DNA from: Giardia intestinalis
Taxonomy: Eukaryota
Assembly: GCA_000002435.2 (NCBI GenBank)
Contig: CM018791.1
Direction: 5' to 3' (one strand)
DNA: 64,000 nucleotides
Position 1 is the first letter of the stretch; each line of letters begins with the position of its first letter. The position numbers were made by a program, and so were the translations under genes. Below, one piece after another: positions 57,438 through 64,000 of this stretch. The notes under the pieces are model-generated. The model did no database searches and had not been told where the DNA came from. It was given only the letters and a program-made list of their open reading frames with translations.

Positions 57438-59474
57438 CTATTCCCCTCCCTGACCGAGCTGCCTTGTGGAGGAGCCAGAGGCGCTTTTCTTCGTAGAATC
57501 CTTGTTATATCTGTACTGTGCCAAGGAATCAACAGGCCTTGCCGCCTTAATGATCTCGTAGTACTTCCTTGCCCTGTCAACTCTACGACGAAGCTCCTTG
57601 AATGAGAACCTGTCGTCCTTCAAGTACTCAGAAGGATATGTGTATATCTCGCGCTTCTCGCTCATAAACGTGACGCTTCGGTGCGCGACAACCACCTTGG
57701 AATGGTCAGCGAAGTTAACCTGAAACACCTTGGTATTGAATAGAAGGCAAAGAGTGCCGTCATCGTACAACTTCCACTTCTTAAGGAAGAGCTGTGGCAG
57801 AGGAAGCCCTTTTGTCAGTCGCTTGAAGTCTATCTCTTGATTATTCATGCGCTCTTGCTCAATGACCCTCTTCAGCTCCTCATCCTCCTTGGGACGATCG
57901 GCTGCTGGAATGGGCACAATAGACCTATTTTCAAGGTAGTCTCTAAAGAAGGACAAGAGCTTGAACTTCTTCTCCGAGAGAATGGTAGTCCCCTCTTCGA
58001 ACAAGGCCCTGTCAAAGGCAGCGTCTAGGAGAGACGGAGAATAGTCAACGATGAGAGCGTTGGGAGAGAGAATCGCAGCCGATTCATCGTTAAATATCAC
58101 GCCGATGCTGCCGTTGCTGATCTGGTAGGCAAACCCATACCGGTTGGAATAGTCCACCCAGGACATGATGTAGCACGGTGGGTCTATTTGTGGATACTCG
58201 GCTTCATTGATGCCATACTTATTGACCACACCCTGTGCAGATCCAACGTTCTGCATGGCCATCGCTGTGCTAGCGCGAGAGATGCCTGCTGCGCTCTTGG
58301 TCGTAAGTATTGCATTTTGAGGCTTGTAAAAGTTTGCGGTCCCAGGAGTTGGTATGTGCTCGGTACCCCCAATGGCCTGCGGAGTGGCTGCAATGAAACG
58401 ACCATCCGTTCCTCCGGCGTTCTTGGCCATGTTGATAGTCATCTGCATGTTGCGAGTCGGTGACGCAGAGCACAGAGGTGGAACTTCGTAGGGTTCCGAT
58501 ATGATCCTTGGTGGTAGGCTCTCTGGGATAAAGTACTTGGACGGATTAAGCCATGAGTGGTCCAAGCACTCCTTGACGGTAAACCGCTTGCGGGGATCTG
58601 GAGTTAGCAGGCCTTTGATGAAGTTCTTGAGGTCTTCACTCACAGAGATGGAGCCTGGGAAAGAAAAATCGCAACGAACGATGCGCTTGTAGGTCGTCTT
58701 GATGTCCGCGGCTTCAAATGGGGGCCTACCATATATCATTGAAAAGACAAGACAGCCAAATGACCACATATCAGCCGAAAAACTGTGCCCCTGACCCGAA
58801 TACGCTGGAAGAAGCTGGTGACAGAGATTTACGCAGTCCTCGTCCAAGTTCGGGTCTGGACCACGCCCGCTAGCCTTGCGTTTCATTATGTGCGAATATA
58901 TGACCTCTGAGGGGAGAAAGTTTGGCGTTCCACACATGGTCCAGTGCAGCTCCTCTGGAGTTTCGCACTTGACTGCAAGCCCAAAGTCCCCAACCTTCAC
59001 GTCGAAGTCTTCCATCAAAAAAATATTCGACGTCTTAATGTCCCGATGAATAATGTAGAGGTCGTGGAGATACCAAAGAGCATTGAGGATACGCTTGCTG
59101 AAGAAGCGTGCTTCTGTTTCTGTGAGGTGTTTCCGCCGCCTGATGAGATCTGTCAATGTACCTCCATTACACTTTTCAAGAATAATGTAGTAGTTCATTT
59201 GATCCTTAAAGACATTCAGAACTCTACAAATGTTGGGGTGAACAAGCCCCCGGTGGATGGTGACTTCCGTCACGAACTTATCATAGTACTTCTTCTTCTG
59301 GAGAGCCGAGCGTGGAGTAATTTTGCAGGCGTAGGAGGAGTCAGAGTTAACGTCGTGGAACTCGTAAACGTATGCAAAGCCGCCTTTTCCTAGTAGTTTT
59401 CCGGGACGGTAGGTCACGTTGTGAAAGGGGTCCACGATCTGAGGATGCAGTTCTGGGGCGTTGCTGTGGGACAT
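57438..59474 (-). CDS. PLK: Polo-like kinase (PLK)
   Basis: Kinase catalytic loop HRDIKTSNIFL, then DFGLA, with the kinase domain between them and the polo boxes. C-terminal polo-box region YGFAYQISNGSIGVIFNDESAA and LCLLFNTKVFQVNFADHSKVVV. The ORF-track start is a GTG; the first ATG is at 59474 (MSHSNAPE...), in context AAAATTTTATAGCCCCATG. Confidence 0.8.
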   Translation of the reverse strand: MSHSNAPELHPQIVDPFHNVTYRPGKLLGKGGFAYVYEFHDVNSDSSYACKITPRSALQKKKYYDKFVTEVTIHRGLVHPNICRVLNVFKDQMNYYIILEKCNGGTLTDLIRRRKHLTETEARFFSKRILNALWYLHDLYIIHRDIKTSNIFLMEDFDVKVGDFGLAVKCETPEELHWTMCGTPNFLPSEVIYSHIMKRKASGRGPDPNLDEDCVNLCHQLLPAYSGQGHSFSADMWSFGCLVFSMIYGRPPFEAADIKTTYKRIVRCDFSFPGSISVSEDLKNFIKGLLTPDPRKRFTVKECLDHSWLNPSKYFIPESLPPRIISEPYEVPPLCSASPTRNMQMTINMAKNAGGTDGRFIAATPQAIGGTEHIPTPGTANFYKPQNAILTTKSAAGISRASTAMAMQNVGSAQGVVNKYGINEAEYPQIDPPCYIMSWVDYSNRYGFAYQISNGSIGVIFNDESAAILSPNALIVDYSPSLLDAAFDRALFEEGTTILSEKKFKLLSFFRDYLENRSIVPIPAADRPKEDEELKRVIEQERMNNQEIDFKRLTKGLPLPQLFLKKWKLYDDGTLCLLFNTKVFQVNFADHSKVVVAHRSVTFMSEKREIYTYPSEYLKDDRFSFKELRRRVDRARKYYEIIKAARPVDSLAQYRYNKDSTKKSASGSSTRQLGQGGE

Positions 59475-59620
59475 GGGGCTATAAAATTTTACAGAGCCAA
59501 AAAAATCCAAACTGCTGCTCGGGAGCTCCCACCGCAAAAGCCAAAATTTAAAGGGAAGCGGGTGCGAGCCCCGACTGGACTGAAGATAGAGTTTACACGA
59601 CCGTTCACCTCGGATGACGC

Positions 59621-60166
59621 CTACGCGAGCTCGACCTCGACCTCCGCGTCGCTGACAGGGCAAGGCAGCCTGATGATGGATCGGGACTGCTTCGTATCGT
59701 ACATGGCGCACGTGCTAAACCTCTCTATAACGTCGTCGTGCTCCGAAGTTGTGCCCTGGCTGAAAATCCACTTGACCTTGATTGCAGGGATCTCCTCGGC
59801 TCCGGATGCGTTGCGGACAGTGCAGATTGCGGACATGTGGTTGGGGGCGAGCGACATGATGAGTTCAAGCGTCACTATCTCCCCGGAGTTCTCCTCCGTG
59901 AGCTCCGTCCTCCAGAGGAAGCCGTCCCATCTGTCTAGGCGCTTGATCTCATATAGAAGGGCCTTACGATCGCCCAGGCTGTCGATCCCCATTTGCTTCA
60001 GATCATCCTCGGTGAGAAGCATCAGGGAGCGTCCGCAGACGTCGTGCTTGCGAAGTTGCTGATTGTACTTCTTCATGTCTATGGAGCTGAGCCAGACGGA
60101 TACGTCGTGCTTAGACCAGAACTCTACGGGCCATATCTTTGCAACAGGAGTGCGATCAGCGTCCAT
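59621..60166 (-). CDS. SAM (sterile alpha motif) domain protein
   Basis: The ORF-track start is a GTG. ATG at 60166 (MDADRTPVAKIW...) sits in a strong AT-rich initiator, AAAGCCAAAATTTTGATGG. SAM-like block: WSKHDVSVWLSSIDMKKYNQQLRKHDVCGRSLMLLTEDDLKQMGIDSLGDRKALLYEIKRL. Confidence 0.5.
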   Translation of the reverse strand: MDADRTPVAKIWPVEFWSKHDVSVWLSSIDMKKYNQQLRKHDVCGRSLMLLTEDDLKQMGIDSLGDRKALLYEIKRLDRWDGFLWRTELTEENSGEIVTLELIMSLAPNHMSAICTVRNASGAEEIPAIKVKWIFSQGTTSEHDDVIERFSTCAMYDTKQSRSIIRLPCPVSDAEVEVELA

Positions 60167-60230
60167 CAAATTTTGGCTTTGTCGATTTTGCGGCGCATAC
60201 AATTCCAAATTAAATTTGTTTCTTCCCGGA

Positions 60231-60914
60231 ATGGGTGTCGCCGAAGGGGATGCTGCGCAGGGAGCAGGGGTGCTCGTCGTCCCCGGAGACGGCCTCGTAG
60301 CCGGTTCGTGCACAGGGGGCTCTGAGGCGACGGTTCTTAACGGGGTCTTGCGGGCCACCGCAGTGTGCTACGCCGAAAACAAGGCCGGCGTTCTCAGCCT
60401 TTCCTCCCGTTTTGCACGCCTCTACACCCCGTATGAGGGGGACTCGATAGTGGGGGTGGTCATAGAGAGGGCCATTGATGGATATCTTGTCGACATACGG
60501 GCGGCGCTTCCTGCATTTATAGGCGCCACTGCATTCATTGGGGCGAGCCGTAAGAATCCTGTCCTTTTGAAGCCCGGAGATGCCATCTATGCGCGGGTCT
60601 CCAGCGCTCCCCTCGGCGCACAACCTCAGCTCACTTGCGCCCTTGATGGCCATATGGCTCTCAACACCGTTTCGGCGCACGGACGGGTGGTGTACGGAAC
60701 GCTGGCCATGGGTGCCGAGGCGGGATTGCTCTTTAAAAAACTGGCTAGATTAATTCCCTTCAAGGGCTTCGCAGGTCCGAACGGCCTGCTCTGGGTCACG
60801 GGATCTACCCTCTATGACTCTATTACGGCGCAGCGTTGCCTAGAGGACCCGCTGGAGATGGATGCGATCGCACAGGAGCGGGCTAACCTCATCTCTCGCG
60901 CCAGCACCACATAG
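60231..60914 (+). CDS. exosome cap subunit-like S1/KH protein (Rrp4/Rrp40-like)
   Basis: The track ORF starts at a TTG and overlaps the SAM gene. The ATG at 60231 (MGVAEGD...) follows CAAATTAAATTTG. S1-like block: YTPYEGDSIVGVVIERAIDGYLVDIRAALPAFIGATAFIGASRKNPVLLKPGDAIYARV. Confidence 0.45.
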   Translation: MGVAEGDAAQGAGVLVVPGDGLVAGSCTGGSEATVLNGVLRATAVCYAENKAGVLSLSSRFARLYTPYEGDSIVGVVIERAIDGYLVDIRAALPAFIGATAFIGASRKNPVLLKPGDAIYARVSSAPLGAQPQLTCALDGHMALNTVSAHGRVVYGTLAMGAEAGLLFKKLARLIPFKGFAGPNGLLWVTGSTLYDSITAQRCLEDPLEMDAIAQERANLISRASTT

Positions 60915-60967
60915 CACGTTTGATTGATAAGTTATGTAAACATTTTTCATGTTACAAAAATTAAAAA

Positions 60968-61624
60968 ATGACTAGTACAGGAAATGAGGATACAGCGGGT
61001 GCAAGGATGATACATATCAAAGCCGTAGTGGTTGGAGACGGCTCAGTGGGCAAGACCTGCCTTCTTTTTGTCTATGCGAATAACTCATTTCCAGAGGACT
61101 ACTTGCCAACAGTCTTTGACAACTATTCTGCCAACGTCGTTGTTGACAACTTGACGATAAATATTGGTCTCTGGGATACTGCGGGCCAGGAGGATTACGA
61201 CAAATTGCGACCCTTGAGCTATCCAGGGGCGCACGTATTTTTGCTCTGCTTTAGCGTCGTTTCCAGCACTTCGTTTGCAAACATCAGATCCAAATGGTAC
61301 ACAGAGGTCAAGGAGTACTGTCCAAACGTGCCGATGATCCTTGTCGGAACAAAGTATGACCTGCTGTCCGACGAGGCTTACCTGGCCAAGATGAAAGAGA
61401 AGAACCAATCCCCGGTGTCTGATGAACGTGCAGAGGAAGTTGCAAAAGAGATAAAGGCCATTAAGTACATTAGCTGCAGTGCCCGATGCCAACTTCGCGT
61501 AAAGGACGTGTTTGATAGTGCAATCCGCGCGGCTCTCAAGAATATGGGGATGATGGGTAGTGGGACTTCCAAGGCAGGAAAGAAAAAGGATGGATCTGGA
61601 AAGGGAAAGTGTGTTATATTCTAG
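60968..61624 (+). CDS. Rho/Rac-family small GTPase
   Basis: G-box motifs in order: [29 protein letters not shown]-terminal polybasic stretch plus CAAX (CVIF). ATG in context ACAAAAATTAAAAAATGACT. Confidence 0.85.
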   Translation: MTSTGNEDTAGARMIHIKAVVVGDGSVGKTCLLFVYANNSFPEDYLPTVFDNYSANVVVDNLTINIGLWDTAGQEDYDKLRPLSYPGAHVFLLCFSVVSSTSFANIRSKWYTEVKEYCPNVPMILVGTKYDLLSDEAYLAKMKEKNQSPVSDERAEEVAKEIKAIKYISCSARCQLRVKDVFDSAIRAALKNMGMMGSGTSKAGKKKDGSGKGKCVIF

Positions 61625-61753
61625 TCCTGTAAACTCTTGCCCAACAATGTAACTCTTTCTCGGTTGCTCTGGCCACGCTCTGGCTAGGTGGACCTGAGCT
61701 GCGGGGAGGCTGATAAATTAAATTGAGCAGGAAAAATCAAGCTTTAATCCTCA

Positions 61754-62590
61754 ATGGCCCGGTTCGCGGAGCTGGATGAATCATCCGATGAGCAGGCACC
61801 CACGGTTCGCACATTCAAAGTGACGGTGCTTGGAGATGGGAGTGTTGGCAAGTCTTCCATTTGTAGCAGATTTGCAAAAGATTTCTTCGCTACATCGTAC
61901 AAGCAGACCATCGGTGTGGACTTCTTTTCACAAACTGTGTGCCTCGACGACGGCAACAAGGTTACCTTTAACCTGTATGACATTGGAGGGCAATCAATTG
62001 GCTCCAAGATGCTTTCTGCATACATTTCTGGCACAAACGCACTCATTTTTGTCTATGACCTTACTAACGCCGAGTCTCTGGAGAACGTTGTGGAGTGGTA
62101 TGCCATGGCGAGAAGATCGGTTAAGTCGATGAAAGATGTCGTCGTCTATCTGGTAGGCAACAAGTCTGATCTTGCCACCCTCCGGGTCGTCCGGTCCTTT
62201 CGAAGCAATGAGATTTCTGCTGCCATTAATGCTTCCGCACATTTACTATTGTCGGCCTTGACTGGCGATCGCGTAGGCTTGCTCTTCATCAGCCTAGCAG
62301 GACGTTTGTGCGGAGTGGATGTAACCAGTATGATTCTCGATGGAAAGATGGGTCACACAGTGGAGGTAAGCAAGGATACCGAAGAGACCGTCAGTTGCAT
62401 CAACAAGGATCGATTTCTTGGTAATGCAGACACAGTTGACGGTGCTAGTGCTGTCGCCCGTGCAAAGGATCTGGAGAGTAGAATGGCGAAGAAGATACAG
62501 GAACTTGAGGGACAGGCGACTGGAATCCCTCATCAGACCCTGGTTGGTGTAGAGAGAGCAAAGCGATCCGGTCGGTGCGCTGTGATGTAG
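61754..62590 (+). CDS. atypical Ras-superfamily GTPase (Rab-like) with a DIGGQ switch II and a 50-60 aa insertion
   Basis: GDGSVGKSS; DIGGQ in place of DTAGQ; NKSD. An insertion lies before the SAL/G5 region. The C-terminus ends in CAVM, which may be a CaaX box. Confidence 0.7.
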   Translation: MARFAELDESSDEQAPTVRTFKVTVLGDGSVGKSSICSRFAKDFFATSYKQTIGVDFFSQTVCLDDGNKVTFNLYDIGGQSIGSKMLSAYISGTNALIFVYDLTNAESLENVVEWYAMARRSVKSMKDVVVYLVGNKSDLATLRVVRSFRSNEISAAINASAHLLLSALTGDRVGLLFISLAGRLCGVDVTSMILDGKMGHTVEVSKDTEETVSCINKDRFLGNADTVDGASAVARAKDLESRMAKKIQELEGQATGIPHQTLVGVERAKRSGRCAVM

Positions 62591-62601
62591 AGCCTTTATA
62601 T

Positions 62602-63909
62602 CTAGTCTGATCCAGCAAGAGACATGGTAACTGGAATGCACGTGTTCACCCTACGTCCGTCGGAGCTGCCCTTTACGAGACATCCACAGCACATAATAAA
62701 TGGCCCGTTAATCGCAATCCTATTTGGCTTAATAGAAGCTGCGAAGTCATACAGCTTGTGTATCGTAATGGATTCTGTGCTGTAATTATAGCAGGCCAGA
62801 TACAGGCCACGATTCACCATAATTAAGACGTTATTGGATGGTGTCAGGGTCATCTGTAGTATATTCTCGCAGGGAATTTGAACGAGTTTCTCTGTGCACA
62901 CATTGCATACGTATAAGGAGTGATTGCAGCTGACATATATTAGGTCCATTGCGGAAACAATCTGGCTTGTAGCTCCAATAGAGTTAAATGAGCATGCCAT
63001 CAGCCGCTCTGTGTCGTATGAGGGAGGATAGTTCTTGATAAGCTTGTCTGCCTCACTGTACGAATAGATAACAGGAGATCCTGTGTTAAGGGCAAAGGCC
63101 GTTATGATTAAGACCCCATCCTGCTCATGGGCCGTGAACTGTCCATTAGATACTATACAGTCGTCTATTATGGCAAGGTACCGTAATCTGTTACCTGTAT
63201 CCCACCTGGAAATGACCAATTCATAGTGTTTGGTGGATGGCTCCGGGGCGCCTCGCTGAGACTTGCGCTCCTGGCTCGAGCTCATGTACTGATTCTCTTG
63301 TGCATGCGGAGTAAAATTATTCTTTTCTGCTAGCTTGAGCTTGAGAGATGCTTTAAGATTGTTCTTCCCCGGACAAAGGAAGGGAAGAGTTGAGTTTGTA
63401 TTACCCTGGTCTTTTATTTCTCGGGAGTAGATAATAAGGCTAGACACTGTCTCTACGTGGGCAATTACGTGTCCCGCCTCTGCTGTGAGAGAGCTGTATA
63501 CTTGCTTGGAGAGTAGGGGGTATGCATAGAGCCCCCTGGTTGTGCCGACAAGCACACACGGGGTTGCGGCGCCATTACTATATAATGCCATAGAACAATA
63601 GGAGCCTTGAAGCCTACAGAGAAAGTTGCAAAGGGTTACATTTTCTACTACATTTGATGTCACTAAATAGACGGCATTTCTATCTGTCACATAAACATAG
63701 TTTCCTCTACCAAAGACTGTTATCGCTATAAGCTCTGCAGTTCCTTCCTCACCAGTTTCGGGCCGCAAATTGCAAAGACTTAGCACCCCATCCATCCTAC
63801 AAAATTGTTTTAGAGCGGGCATGAAACCCTTGTCGGCCGCGTTGGCCACAGCTAAGTTTGTCTCCTGTGTAGACATGTTCAAGAACCTTGGAGTTCCAAA
63901 TACCAACAT
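62602..63909 (-). CDS. hypothetical protein, possibly a beta-propeller; the N-terminus may lie beyond the window
   Basis: The track start at 63915 is a TTG; the first ATG is at 63909. The frame stays open to the window edge at 64000 with no stop codon, so the gene may be longer. Confidence 0.45.
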   Translation of the reverse strand: MLVFGTPRFLNMSTQETNLAVANAADKGFMPALKQFCRMDGVLSLCNLRPETGEEGTAELIAITVFGRGNYVYVTDRNAVYLVTSNVVENVTLCNFLCRLQGSYCSMALYSNGAATPCVLVGTTRGLYAYPLLSKQVYSSLTAEAGHVIAHVETVSSLIIYSREIKDQGNTNSTLPFLCPGKNNLKASLKLKLAEKNNFTPHAQENQYMSSSQERKSQRGAPEPSTKHYELVISRWDTGNRLRYLAIIDDCIVSNGQFTAHEQDGVLIITAFALNTGSPVIYSYSEADKLIKNYPPSYDTERLMACSFNSIGATSQIVSAMDLIYVSCNHSLYVCNVCTEKLVQIPCENILQMTLTPSNNVLIMVNRGLYLACYNYSTESITIHKLYDFAASIKPNRIAINGPFIMCCGCLVKGSSDGRRVNTCIPVTMSLAGSD

Positions 63910-64000
63910 GCTCAAGAAGGGGGCTGTCTTTACTGTCGTAGATCCAACGATTCGAAGAACTGTTCTTGTGGCTCAGGGCACGCCCCCAGCAGCAAACAAG

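Noticed and set aside
57438-59711. 79-aa N-terminal extension of PLK in the ORF track, and similar extensions on Hop, the RING protein, the VSPs and the gene at 9889-11862
   Set aside because: These track ORFs begin at GTG or TTG codons. The first in-frame ATG coincides with an AT-rich initiator and with the expected N-terminus, for example the VSP signal peptide.
1-64000. Prokaryote-style features such as operons, CRISPR arrays, RBS motifs and defence islands
   Set aside because: Gene content (PLK, Rac, chromodomain, PHD, VSP with CRGKA tail) and the AGTAAAC poly(A) signals place this in the Giardia nucleus. No CRISPR-like spaced direct repeats or tRNA/rRNA genes were seen.

Overview
This window looks like a compact, intron-poor protist chromosome segment, almost certainly Giardia intestinalis. 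Two near-identical cysteine-rich surface-protein genes have the GGCY motif, many CXXC motifs and the diagnostic C-terminal ...CRGKA tail of Giardia variant-specific surface proteins (VSPs). Other lineage-typical content: an ankyrin-repeat protein resembling the Giardia Protein 21.1 family, a high-cysteine membrane protein, a cathepsin-B, AT-rich initiator contexts hugging most ATGs, and AGTAAAC poly(A) signals. There are no operons, CRISPR arrays, rRNA or tRNA genes. I call about 33 protein-coding genes, many separated by under 100 bp and some overlapping at their ends. Those with recognisable products are a PHD-zinc knuckle-PHD chromatin reader, an Sfi1-like W-repeat protein, a SPEF1/CLAMP-like calponin-homology protein, a Hop/STI1 co-chaperone, a chromodomain protein, cathepsin B, a WDR92/Monad-like WD40 protein, a Polo-like kinase, a SAM-domain protein, an Rrp4/Rrp40-like S1 protein, a Rac GTPase and an atypical Ras-family GTPase. 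The ORF track accepts GTG and TTG as starts, so I trimmed many N-termini to the first ATG that sits in a Giardia-type AT-rich context. The outstanding structure is a roughly 15 kb palindromic locus at 36927-52004. Two inverted arms of about 6.05 kb are almost identical. Each arm carries one outward-transcribed VSP gene, about 2.35 kb of GC-rich non-coding DNA, and a decayed tandem repeat with a unit of roughly 850 bp. The arms are separated by a roughly 3 kb spacer holding a frameshifted non-LTR retrotransposon with reverse-transcriptase and restriction-enzyme-like endonuclease motifs. The whole structure sits in the convergent intergenic gap between two intact housekeeping genes. Everything here is read by eye from the sequence; no database searches were run.
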